Shown here in pieces: positions 33,300-42,328 of a stretch of 64,000 bases of DNA (its first letter is position 1; each line of letters starts with the position of its first letter). The DNA is from Patescibacteria group bacterium (GTDB lineage: Bacteria; Patescibacteriota; Minisyncoccia; Phycocordibacterales; UBA9973), in contig JAZKIP010000008.1 of NCBI GenBank assembly GCA_040384805.1, forward strand, positions 36,749-100,748. The letters are read 5' to 3'. Made by a program: the position numbers and the translations under genes. The notes below the pieces were generated by a model. The model searched no databases. It had not been told where the DNA came from and worked only from the letters and a program-made list of their open reading frames with translations.

Positions 33300-33692
33300 T
33301 TATACTAATTTAAGCGCTTCTTTTACATACAGATCAACTCCCCCTAGGTTTTTAATATCATCAAGAGCAACCCATGTATATTCATCATGTTCGTCGCTTA
33401 ATTTTATCTCACCTTGAGCTTTTCCTATATATGTTAATCGCACGACATGTTTGTCCTCTTTCAGAATATCCTGAGCTGAAATAAACTCTGGTTCACCTTC
33501 AAGCTCGAGTCCTGTTTCCTCCATAACTTCCCTTTTCAGATTCTCAAGCAATGAGACGCCTATATCAATTCGCCCGCCTGGAATATCCCACTGCGTTCCA
33601 ACCTCGGGATATTTTTCTTTCGAACGCTCAAGCAACAGGTACTCGCCTTTTTCGTTCCGCAACAAAATTTTAACGCCGACTTGGAGATTCAT
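33300..33692 (-). CDS. NUDIX hydrolase
   Basis: Nudix box GGRIDIGVSLLENLKREVMEETGL. 130 aa. Confidence 0.85.
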   Translation of the reverse strand: MNLQVGVKILLRNEKGEYLLLERSKEKYPEVGTQWDIPGGRIDIGVSLLENLKREVMEETGLELEGEPEFISAQDILKEDKHVVRLTYIGKAQGEIKLSDEHDEYTWVALDDIKNLGGVDLYVKEALKLV

Positions 33693-33820
33693 AATTATTT
33701 AGTTTCGAAAAATTTTTTCTTTAAAACTCAGTGAGTATTCGCATTTCTGCTTGATTCCTTTTTAAATACTCCATCTTCTCTGAATCAGTCAGTTTTAAAA
33801 TTCATAATATGTATCAAGCT

Positions 33821-35077
33821 TTACACAAAAACTGCAGGTACAGGGTGAGTATGAGCGAGAGCTTTTACTTTAGCTTTGATCTCAGCTTTCTTACCTTGGT
33901 CATCCTTGTTCTTAAGCGTTTCAATGAGAAGACGCGCAACCTCTTTGCATTCTTCTTCTTTGAATCCGCGTGTGGTGATGGCAGGAGTACCGAAACGAAT
34001 ACCTGACGGATCAAGCGGCTTGCGGGTATCCCCTGCGATCGAGTTCATATTAAGGGTGATGCCGACTTCGTCGAGAACTGTCTGAGCTTCCTTTCCGGTC
34101 ACTCCGAGCGATCCGTAGACATCGGCAAGAATAAGATGATTGTCGGTTCCTCCGCCTATCATGCGGATATTATTCTCTTCCATGACTTCCGCCATAGCTT
34201 TCGCATTTTTAAGGACTTGCTCTGCATATTCCTTGTAAGCCGGAGTGAGCGCCTCGCCGAAGGCGATGGCTTTGGCAGCGATGGTGTGCATATGAGGGCC
34301 GCCTTGGATACCGGGGAAAATAGCTTTGTCGATCTTCTTTGCGATTTCTTCGCTCTCGCGTGTTAGGATCATTCCTCCTCGCGGGCCGCGGAGGGTCTTA
34401 TGCGTCGTCGTCGTAATGATATCGAATCCGTCATCAAAAGGATTGCGGAGAACTTTAGCTGCGATGAGCCCTGCAATATGCGCCATGTCAGCCATTGTGA
34501 TCGCCCCCACTTCCTTGGCAATCTCGACGAATTTCTTGTAATCAAGCGTACGCGAATACGCGGAAAATCCGGCAAGGATGATTTTCGGCTTTTTTTCAAG
34601 AGCTACCTGCCGCAAATCTTCGTAGTCGATCTCCCCTGTTTCAGCATCCTTCATTTTGTAGCCGACGAAATTATATATCTTGGCAGGCAAGGTCATCGGG
34701 TGGCCATGAGTCAGATGTCCGCCATGGGAAAGATCCATGCCGAGGACCGTGTCGCCCGGCTCAAGGAGCGCGGCATAGACAGCCAGATTGGCAGGAGCTC
34801 CCGAGTGCGGCTGAACGTTTGCGAATTTAGCATCAAATAGCGTGCATGCACGATCGATCGCGATGCGCTCGACTTGATCGGTAAAATCCTGCCCGCCGTA
34901 ATAACGGCGGCCGGGATAGCCTTCGGAGTATTTATTCGTAAGAACAGAGCCGTTCGCTTCCCGAACAGCAAGTGATACATAGTTTTCAGATGGGATAAGC
35001 TCAAGACCGTCTTCTTCCCTTTTCGTCTCGCCCATGATCGCATCCCATATCTCCTTGTCTTGTTTCTCTATATACAT
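33821..35077 (-). CDS. glyA: serine hydroxymethyltransferase
   Basis: [26 protein letters not shown], the PLP-lysine region [14 protein letters not shown], and overall SHMT colinearity. 418 aa. Confidence 0.95.
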   Translation of the reverse strand: MYIEKQDKEIWDAIMGETKREEDGLELIPSENYVSLAVREANGSVLTNKYSEGYPGRRYYGGQDFTDQVERIAIDRACTLFDAKFANVQPHSGAPANLAVYAALLEPGDTVLGMDLSHGGHLTHGHPMTLPAKIYNFVGYKMKDAETGEIDYEDLRQVALEKKPKIILAGFSAYSRTLDYKKFVEIAKEVGAITMADMAHIAGLIAAKVLRNPFDDGFDIITTTTHKTLRGPRGGMILTRESEEIAKKIDKAIFPGIQGGPHMHTIAAKAIAFGEALTPAYKEYAEQVLKNAKAMAEVMEENNIRMIGGGTDNHLILADVYGSLGVTGKEAQTVLDEVGITLNMNSIAGDTRKPLDPSGIRFGTPAITTRGFKEEECKEVARLLIETLKNKDDQGKKAEIKAKVKALAHTHPVPAVFV

Positions 35078-35094
35078 ATGAGCATTTTAGCATG

Positions 35095-35122
35095 TTGAAC
35101 AAGAAAGGGAAAACTGTATAAT
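35095..35122 (+). promoter_or_regulatory. putative sigma70-type promoter for thyX (TTGAAC-N16-TGTATAAT), likely leaderless transcript
   Basis: TTGAAC at 35095-35100 and an extended -10 TGTATAAT at 35115-35122. The thyX ATG at 35130 is only 7 nt after the -10 element. Confidence 0.4.
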
Positions 35123-35129
35123 AAGCAGT

Positions 35130-36485
35130 ATGGCAAGCAACACTATTGAGGATCTCAAGCATACCAAAGTAGCAATCAATGGCGGCGGGTGCGTTATTGT
35201 TCTTGATACAGGATCGGTTATAGGCCCGGAATCCTCGGCAATGCTTCAAGCTCTTCATTCACGTTCAACAAACGGGCTTGAGGGGCATCTCAAAATTCTG
35301 GCCCAGAAAGGTTCAGAGAACTTCATGAAAAACTTTTATGTCGGGTATGGGCACAAGTCGATTGGTGATTGCGGTACGGCATCGCTTTTCATTGAAGGAG
35401 TCTCGATGCTTGTCGCGAAGGCAATCCAAGATTGGCCGCTTTATTCCGGTCAGGAATCATCAACACGGTATGTCGATTTCAAAGTGCAGCCGTTTAAGAA
35501 TCCGTCTCTTTCCGAGGAAGGAAATCTGATTCTCGAGGCGTGGAGAGGATTTTATACGGATTCATTCGATCAAACAGTTAGTTATCTGAAAACTCAATTC
35601 CCGATAAATGAAGGAGAGTCCGAATCTATATATATAAAAGCAATAAACGCCCGGGCATTTGACATATTACGCGGATTTTTGCCAGCTGGCGCAGTTACAA
35701 ATCTCGCTTGGTCAACAAATCTCCGTCAAGCTGCCGATAAGCTTCTCACTCTTCGCCATCATCCCCTGTCAGAAGTCCGGGAAACAGCTAATGCGATAGA
35801 AGCGGCCCTCATTGAGGCATTTCCAAATTCATTCGGGCATAAACGATATGAATCAACTGAGGAATATGACGAATATTGCATGACAAATGATTATTACTAT
35901 CACAAGCCTGATTGTCCGGAATTCGAAATGACTTCAAATTCAATCGATACAAATCTCTTGCCGAAAGAAATACTGACAAGACGGCCCGCAAAAACCGAAT
36001 TGCCGAAACATTTAGGAGAAGCGGGTGTTCTTCAATTCGAATTTTTGTTAGATTTTGGATCATTTCGCGATATCCAACGTCATCGCGCCGTCATCCAAAG
36101 AATGCCGCTTCTTACGACGGAACTTGGATTCGAAGAATGGTATATCGGCGAACTTCCAGAGGCGATACGTGAAAAAGCACGAATCTTTCTGAAAAAACAG
36201 GAAGAGAGGATACGCGCGCTCCCGATTACGAAAGAAGAAAAGCAATATTATACAGCAATGGGTTATAAGATATCTAACCGTATGACAGGCAACTTGCCTG
36301 CCTTGGTATATTTGGCAGAACTTCGCGCAACGCGCTTTGTACACCCTACTCTCCGGAAAAGAGCAAAGCAGCTCGCCGATATTTTATCTGAAACATTCGG
36401 ACCAAACGGGCTTGTTATGCACTTGGATGAAGAAATTGACCGATTTGATATCAAGCGCGGAGAGCATGATATTGTACTGAAATAA
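35130..36485 (+). CDS. thyX: flavin-dependent thymidylate synthase ThyX-like, tandem-duplicated (two Thy1 modules in one chain)
   Basis: Half 1: GHKSIGDCGTASLFIEGVSMLVAKAIQDW...YSGQESSTRYV and NLRQAADKLLTLRHHPLSEVRETANAI. Half 2: FEFLLDFGSFRDIQRHRAVIQRM and LPALVYLAELRATRFVHPTLRKRAKQLADIL. Both follow the ThyX block order. Only half 2 keeps the RHR signature. Confidence 0.7.
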   Translation: MASNTIEDLKHTKVAINGGGCVIVLDTGSVIGPESSAMLQALHSRSTNGLEGHLKILAQKGSENFMKNFYVGYGHKSIGDCGTASLFIEGVSMLVAKAIQDWPLYSGQESSTRYVDFKVQPFKNPSLSEEGNLILEAWRGFYTDSFDQTVSYLKTQFPINEGESESIYIKAINARAFDILRGFLPAGAVTNLAWSTNLRQAADKLLTLRHHPLSEVRETANAIEAALIEAFPNSFGHKRYESTEEYDEYCMTNDYYYHKPDCPEFEMTSNSIDTNLLPKEILTRRPAKTELPKHLGEAGVLQFEFLLDFGSFRDIQRHRAVIQRMPLLTTELGFEEWYIGELPEAIREKARIFLKKQEERIRALPITKEEKQYYTAMGYKISNRMTGNLPALVYLAELRATRFVHPTLRKRAKQLADILSETFGPNGLVMHLDEEIDRFDIKRGEHDIVLK

Positions 36486-36570
36486 ATAATTAAAGATTAA
36501 ATTAGTTAGATCTAAACAATTTTAACGATCGTTTAGATTGTTTAGATAACAGAAAGGATATGATTCATTC

Positions 36571-37056
36571 ATGGCCCATTATGATCAAAATTATTCCTTT
36601 CAGGATTTCCTGATTGCTTTTCTCTTAAGCGGAAGGAGCTCGAAACGGTTCTTTCAGATTCTTCGCGAGCAGGAATGTAAAAAGAGAGCAAGAGCAACCG
36701 TTCAATCAACTCTTACAAGACTAAAAAACAAAAACTTTGTAATAAGAGACAGAGATGGATGGAGAGCAACTAAAGCCGGTGCTTCCTATTACAAGAGAAA
36801 AACTCTTTTGTCTTTCCTTGAATCGCCGTTTATAAAATCCTCCCCGCGGAATATCCTTATTGCGTTTGATATTCCAGAAAAAAGAAAGCATGTCCGTCAC
36901 TGGCTAAGGAATCAGTTAAAAATATATGGTTATACAATGATTCAAAAAAGTCTGTGGCAAGGTCCAGGACCGATCCCGGATAATTTTAGAAAAAGAATTA
37001 AGATGCTTTCACTTTCAAAAAATATAAAAATATTCAGACTTGGTGCAGCACGCTAA
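36571..37056 (+). CDS. PaaX-family-like transcriptional regulator (wHTH + Cas2-like middle domain)
   Basis: N-terminal wHTH TVQSTLTRLKNKNFVIRDRDGW, then ILIAFDIPEKRKHVRHWLRNQLKIYGYTMIQKSLWQGP, which matches the PaaX pattern W..vvfdvPE..R..R..LR..L...GFG.L..GvWvsP. 161 aa. Confidence 0.55.
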   Translation: MAHYDQNYSFQDFLIAFLLSGRSSKRFFQILREQECKKRARATVQSTLTRLKNKNFVIRDRDGWRATKAGASYYKRKTLLSFLESPFIKSSPRNILIAFDIPEKRKHVRHWLRNQLKIYGYTMIQKSLWQGPGPIPDNFRKRIKMLSLSKNIKIFRLGAAR

Positions 37057-37118
37057 ATGTTTACAATTTGAGCGATCGTTATTTTTGTTTACATTGGGAA
37101 ACTGAGGAGGGATTTGAT

Positions 37119-37631
37119 ATGATAGGAAATATGATTTTGTCTCTTATTGCAGCTATAGGGAAAAATGATGAACTTGGTAAGGACAACAAGCTCCTCTGGG
37201 ACATGCCGGCGGACATGAGGCATTTTCGGGAAACGACGACGGGTCATCCTGTCATTATGGGGCGCAAAACATTCGAATCCATTGGCCGCCCTCTTCCTAA
37301 CAGGCGCAATATTGTCATTACGCGCGATGACTCATATTCGCATGAAGGAGTCGAAGTCGTTCATTCGCTCGACGAAGCGGTAGCCTTTTTTGCCGATTCG
37401 GAAGAAGAAGTTTTCTGTTTAGGCGGCGGAGAGATATTCAGACAGGCGATCGATAAAGCCGATCGCCTTTATATCACCCGTATTGAAAGTGGTTTTGATG
37501 CCGATGTTTTCTTTCCGACAATCAGTGACGATATATGGAAGGAAATATCGCGCGAAGAACATGCAAGTGATGAGAGGAATCCCTTTCCATATGCATTCTT
37601 GTTGTATGACAAGATTGACAAAAACATCTAA
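37119..37631 (+). CDS. folA: dihydrofolate reductase
   Basis: ILSLIAAIGKNDELGKDNKLLWDMPADMRHFRETTTGHPVIMGRKTFESIGRPLPNRRNIVITR: canonical DHFR. ATG at 37119 with GAGGAGG 8 nt upstream. The ORF track gave 37068. Confidence 0.85.
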   Translation: MIGNMILSLIAAIGKNDELGKDNKLLWDMPADMRHFRETTTGHPVIMGRKTFESIGRPLPNRRNIVITRDDSYSHEGVEVVHSLDEAVAFFADSEEEVFCLGGGEIFRQAIDKADRLYITRIESGFDADVFFPTISDDIWKEISREEHASDERNPFPYAFLLYDKIDKNI

Positions 37632-37648
37632 TATGCGAAACTCATAAC

Positions 37649-38185
37649 ATGATTCTTTCAGACACGAAAATTTTGGAACATATCGAAAAAGGCGATATCG
37701 TCATTACCCCCTTTGATCCTAAAAATATGGGAGGCAATTCCTATGACGTGCATTTAAGCAAATACTTCGCTCAATACATCGACAGCGAGATCGATGCGAA
37801 GAAGCATAACCAGGTAAAACATTTTGAAATCCCCGACGAGGGATTCGTCCTCATGCCGGGAGAACTCTATCTTGCTTCAACTCTTGAATATACCGAATCG
37901 CACATCCATGTGCCCTTTCTTGAAGGCAAGTCGTCAACAGGCAGGCTTGGCGTTGATATTCACGCGACAGCGGGAAAGGGAGATGTCGGCTTCTGCGGTT
38001 ATTGGACGCTTGAAATATCGACCAGCAAACCCGTCCGTATTTATCCGAACATGCCGATCGGTCAGCTGATTTATTACGTCGTTGAGGGCCCTGTTGAGCG
38101 GCTCTATCATAAAAAAGAAAGCGCAAAATACAGTTATCAGGACAAACTTCCGAAAGAATCCATGATGTGGAAAAATCTTCAATAA
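37649..38185 (+). CDS. dcd: dCTP deaminase
   Basis: MILSDTKILEHIEKGDIVITPFDP...SYDVHLSKYF...GFCGYWTLEI, the Dcd/dUTPase-fold family. 178 aa. Confidence 0.9.
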   Translation: MILSDTKILEHIEKGDIVITPFDPKNMGGNSYDVHLSKYFAQYIDSEIDAKKHNQVKHFEIPDEGFVLMPGELYLASTLEYTESHIHVPFLEGKSSTGRLGVDIHATAGKGDVGFCGYWTLEISTSKPVRIYPNMPIGQLIYYVVEGPVERLYHKKESAKYSYQDKLPKESMMWKNLQ

Positions 38186-38209
38186 AACCCGGTGAGGGGG
38201 TTTTATTTT

Positions 38210-39193
38210 TTAGGGATTTTTTGCCGCAGCAATGATTACCTTTGCTCCATTGATCGGCAGGGCGAATCCGATATTTTCCGAGCCTTGGGCGACAGCGACA
38301 TTGATGCCGACCACCTCGCCCCGGAGATTAAGAAGCGGTCCTCCTGAATTGCCCGGATTAATAGCAGCATCCGTTTGAATGATCTTGTCTAATTGTTCGG
38401 ATTGTCCGCGACCATCGCTTGCGGTAATTGATCGAGAAAGTCCTGAGATGACCCCGGCCGAGACGCTATTCTTGAATTCTCCGAGAGCATTGCCGATGGC
38501 AACGACGCTCTGCCCGACCTCAAGAGTATCTGAATTTCCGAGTGTAAGATACGGGAATCCTGTTCCCTCGATCTTGATGATAGCGACATCGAGCGATTCA
38601 TCGCGGGACACTATCTGTCCGGTAAGCTTTCTCCCGTCATTGAGAAGTACATCATAGATAGCAGTCGCGTCCGAAAGGACATGGCGATTCGTAACGATGA
38701 GACCGTCGCGGGATATTAAGAATCCGGAACCGCTTCCGATCTGCTTCTTTTCCATTCCCCTCTGTGTATACACCGGGGTCTGGATAGTAAGACCAGGGAA
38801 ACCGCTGTCTTTTTGCTGATATGTAACATCATAGACAGGCACTTCCCGCGAGATAATGATCGAGACGACCGCAGGCTGAGCTTTCTTCACGGCAGTTATA
38901 ACAGTATCCGGAGCTGCGGGAGGAACCTGCGGAACGACAGGTGCTTGCGGTACTTCTGCAATCTTCGTTTCAGGTATGGCGACAGGAAGGAAAGTATCAT
39001 TGCGAACTGCGATCCGGCTCTCTTCCAGAGCGGCATAATTTTGCGCAAGAACAGAAAAGATTTTCGCGCGATAGTGCCAGAGGATCAGGAAAATGATCCC
39101 GAGGGTTATAATGATCGTCGCGAAGCTTACTAAAATGGCTCGTGCCATGGGGCGATGAAATAATGATTTTAATTTTGAATTGAAATTGCTCAT
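38210..39193 (-). CDS. membrane-anchored trypsin-like serine protease (HtrA/S1C-like, no PDZ domain)
   Basis: N-terminal TM. Catalytic-triad context TNRHV (His), DVAIIKI (Asp), GNSGGPLLN (Ser). The protein ends right after the protease domain. Confidence 0.8.
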   Translation of the reverse strand: MSNFNSKLKSLFHRPMARAILVSFATIIITLGIIFLILWHYRAKIFSVLAQNYAALEESRIAVRNDTFLPVAIPETKIAEVPQAPVVPQVPPAAPDTVITAVKKAQPAVVSIIISREVPVYDVTYQQKDSGFPGLTIQTPVYTQRGMEKKQIGSGSGFLISRDGLIVTNRHVLSDATAIYDVLLNDGRKLTGQIVSRDESLDVAIIKIEGTGFPYLTLGNSDTLEVGQSVVAIGNALGEFKNSVSAGVISGLSRSITASDGRGQSEQLDKIIQTDAAINPGNSGGPLLNLRGEVVGINVAVAQGSENIGFALPINGAKVIIAAAKNP

Positions 39194-39197
39194 ATTT

Positions 39198-39978
39198 TTA
39201 TGATGCGAAAAAGCCTTCCGCTTTTAATTTATTATACTGGCTCTCGATCTTATCTTTCGTATACGGGAGGATAGAGAAAAGGGTGCGCTTGGTAATTTTA
39301 TTATTCTGTATATATGCTTTGATGATAGCTCCGCGAACCTGGCGGAGAGATCCTTCAAATGCGCTTTGCTTGGCGTAATGCGCGCTTGTGCGGCTCGGAT
39401 TAGGAAAAGTTTTCTTGAGCATGGCCCCATAATCCATAAGCGCATTGTACCACTCTCGCGGATTTTTATGATCATTGTATTTTTCGATAAACGGCATGAG
39501 CGACGCGTCGGATACTTTCTTCTTGCCGGGGAAAAAGAAATAGATAAAGACCGTCCGGATATTCGTCTCGATCATAGAGACAGGCTCATTATATGCGAAT
39601 GCCACAAGTGCCGATGCGGTATAAGGACCGAGGCCGGGCAATCTCAAAAGCTCATAGCGCTCTTTCGGGAATTTTCCCTTATAGTGATCAACGATAATCC
39701 GCGCCGCTTTATGCAGATTCAATGCGCGGCGATTATATCCGAGTCCCTGCCAGACTGACAAGACATCTTTGACAGATGCAGCGGCAAGGAGTGAGACACT
39801 AGGGAACTTTTTCAGGAACTCGGCATATTTGGGCATGACCCGGGCGCTCCCCGTCTGTTGAAGCATAAGTTCAGAAACAAGTATTTTATACGGATCGCGT
39901 GTCGTGCGCCACGGAAGTGGCCTTTTTTCGGCTTCATAGTGATCATATATTTTTTTCTGGAAGGCTTTTATCGTCATC
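39198..39978 (-). CDS. HhH-GPD base-excision DNA glycosylase, MutY/Nth-like, lacking the 4Fe-4S cysteine cluster
   Basis: KRPLPWRTTRDPYKILVSELMLQQT (MutY N-terminal signature) and HhH LPGLGPYTASALVAFAY. The C-terminal region WYNALMDYGAMLKKTFPNPSRTSAHYAKQSAF aligns to the FeS loop but has no Cys. Start placed at the internal ATG 39978 (MTIKAF), which overlaps the upstream stop. Confidence 0.7.
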
Positions 39979-40591
39979 GCAGGACAAAAAAACCGAGTAT
40001 CATCGCAGTAAAGTTGAGAATCGTATGAGACGCCGATATGAGAATAAGATTCGGATAGCGGTAGTACATCCATGCAAAGCCGATTCCTCCGATAAATGTA
40101 AACGGCAGAACGAATAGAGAATGAGAATAAATAACATGAATAAGGGCAAAAAGAATGGCGTTGAGGATAATGATCGCGTATGGGTTCGCAAAAGCCATTC
40201 CTAAGAGGCGCATCAGAATGCCGCGAAAAACAATTTCCTGAAGAACACTCACGGGTATGAAAAGAAGAAGAAATCTTTTATTTTCCCACCACTCGAGAAA
40301 CGGCTCGTGGGGGACGATATGGGCAAGCCATACTGAAAATGCGATGCCGCCTGCCGTAAAAAGGGCATAGGGGATGATATCTTTGAGCAAGTCACGCCGT
40401 ATACCGAGATCCTCATACGTCCATCGAGCCCGCCGCGTAATGCCGTATAAAAGCAAGGCGATGCCAGCGAGCATAACGATACGGAATTCGGGCGGAATAA
40501 CTCCGAAATACAAAAGAAGTACGGGAACAATATACAGATACACTATTTGAAGCAGAATAAGCTCTTTATTGCGGGGGTGTGATGTATCCAC
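39974..40591 (-). CDS. CPBP-family intramembrane metalloprotease (CAAX protease/Abi-like)
   Basis: Multi-TM, with QEIVFRG (EExxxR-like), FALIHV (FxxxH) and HTILNF motifs. 205 aa. Confidence 0.7.
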   Translation of the reverse strand: MDTSHPRNKELILLQIVYLYIVPVLLLYFGVIPPEFRIVMLAGIALLLYGITRRARWTYEDLGIRRDLLKDIIPYALFTAGGIAFSVWLAHIVPHEPFLEWWENKRFLLLFIPVSVLQEIVFRGILMRLLGMAFANPYAIIILNAILFALIHVIYSHSLFVLPFTFIGGIGFAWMYYRYPNLILISASHTILNFTAMILGFFVLR

Positions 40592-40613
40592 CTTTGTACT
40601 ATACTATAAAGAT

Positions 40614-42269
40614 ATGAAGAGATTCAAATATATTTTCATCGCACTCATAGTCATCTTTGGAAATCTATCCACGGCCGAAGCTCTCGATATACAGTATGGA
40701 ACCGTTCTCGGATATTCAGGATCGAATATTCTCGTCGAATATAGCGGCATCGGGAAGAAGAAAAATTTTCTTTGCAATACTGTAAGCCGCAATTGCTCAA
40801 CTACCAAGAAAACGGCGCTCGGCACAAAAGAGACCAGCGCGCTTGCAGCAAGCGTAAGGGACGAATTAAGAAATGCCCGAGCAAGCCACATTACGGTCTC
40901 GCCGTCAGGAAATTTTGTGGCATATTACAAAACAAGCACGACTGAAAATCAGACCCGGTCTTTTGTTATCCGTGATCTAAAAACAGGGAAAGAATATTCT
41001 GTTTCAAGACCTTCCACCGCGTCATACTGGGATCTTGTCAACGATCAGGCTCGGGTTTTCGAATTCTCTCCTGACGGCAAGAAACTCATATATCTTGACG
41101 ATACGGATGGGGCTTTTGCTCTGTACTCCGTTGATACGACGACACTCTCCGAGACGACGATGAAGGAAAACAGGGTTCCTCTCGCCGCCTATCAGGTCGA
41201 TGATTTTATTTTTACCGACAGCGATACCCTGTATTATGTCGGCAACGCAAAGGACAATCGATATCTCTGGTCGCTTTATCGGCATGATTTCAGAACAGGA
41301 AAAGACAGTATCGTGGCTTCAAAAGTATCCTATGTCGATTCACTTCTTAAAATCGGTTCCTCGATCGTATTCAATCAAATGCAGACGAGAGGGTTCGGTC
41401 TTGCGCTTTATAACACCTCAAGCAAGAAAGTCCTTCAGTTCAAGATTCCGGGTATTGGCACGAAAAATACTGTTTCAAATGAAGAAGTCATAATGACTGA
41501 AAACGTACATGGAGTCTTGATGACCCCAGCCAAAATTGATCCTTCTAAGACATATCCCCTTCTTATATGGCTTCATGGCGGCCCGTATCGGCAGACAAGC
41601 TACGGCTATCACCCCTTTCATAGCTACGGAACATATGACTCGATCTTGCAATTGTTGCGGAAAAACAATGTTGTCGTCTTGAAACTTGATTACAAAGGGA
41701 GTTATGGTTTCGGGCGGGATTTCGCGGAAGGACTCAAGGGATCCGTCGGTACAGGCGATGTCGAAAATGTGATGAATGCGATCTCATACGCGAAAACGAG
41801 ATTCACTGTCGGAGGCGTCTATCTCGCAGGCAACAGTTATGGCGGATATTTGTCTCTTCGCTCTATCGTCGAACATCCGTATTCATTTACAGGCGTCATG
41901 TCGATCAATGGCGTAACAGACTGGGAAAGCCTGCTTACAAGTTTGAAAACGTCCATATTCAATACCCATTTCAATGGCGCTCCCGACTCGTCGAACAAAA
42001 CGCTCTATGATCAGGCGTCTGTTGTTAATCGCATCAACATCCTCGGCAACCAGAAGATCTCGCTTATTCAAGCTCAGGCAGACCAGACTATCCCTCCATG
42101 GCAGGCCGATTTCCTCTATGGAAAACTCAAGGAACAGAATAAAAACGTCTCGATTGTAAAATATGAAGGAGAAGATCATGTCTTTGAAAAAAAATCAGCG
42201 ATTTCTGATCTGTGTATTCAAATGTTCAATTTCGTCGGCGTGAAGCCTGATAAAGAATGTAAAAAATAA
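40614..42269 (+). CDS. S9-family serine peptidase (prolyl oligopeptidase/DPP-like alpha/beta hydrolase) with N-terminal beta-rich domain and signal peptide
   Basis: Signal peptide MKRFKYIFIALIVIFGNLSTAEA. Catalytic domain LLIWLHGGP...GNSYGGYLS (GxSxGG nucleophile) and DHVF near the C-terminus. ATG at 40614. The ORF track start at 40569 is an alternative. Confidence 0.75.
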   Translation: MKRFKYIFIALIVIFGNLSTAEALDIQYGTVLGYSGSNILVEYSGIGKKKNFLCNTVSRNCSTTKKTALGTKETSALAASVRDELRNARASHITVSPSGNFVAYYKTSTTENQTRSFVIRDLKTGKEYSVSRPSTASYWDLVNDQARVFEFSPDGKKLIYLDDTDGAFALYSVDTTTLSETTMKENRVPLAAYQVDDFIFTDSDTLYYVGNAKDNRYLWSLYRHDFRTGKDSIVASKVSYVDSLLKIGSSIVFNQMQTRGFGLALYNTSSKKVLQFKIPGIGTKNTVSNEEVIMTENVHGVLMTPAKIDPSKTYPLLIWLHGGPYRQTSYGYHPFHSYGTYDSILQLLRKNNVVVLKLDYKGSYGFGRDFAEGLKGSVGTGDVENVMNAISYAKTRFTVGGVYLAGNSYGGYLSLRSIVEHPYSFTGVMSINGVTDWESLLTSLKTSIFNTHFNGAPDSSNKTLYDQASVVNRINILGNQKISLIQAQADQTIPPWQADFLYGKLKEQNKNVSIVKYEGEDHVFEKKSAISDLCIQMFNFVGVKPDKECKK

Positions 42270-42328
42270 ATTACCCAGAGAATAGTCCCTGGGTAATTTA
42301 TTGTAGTATTTTGATTTTATGCCAGTTC

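Noticed and set aside
38186-38215. aaaaccc-ggtgagg-gggtttt stem after dcd as a terminator
   Set aside because: The stem is short (7 bp with G-U/A-T-rich ends) and only weakly supported. It is noted but not listed as a feature.
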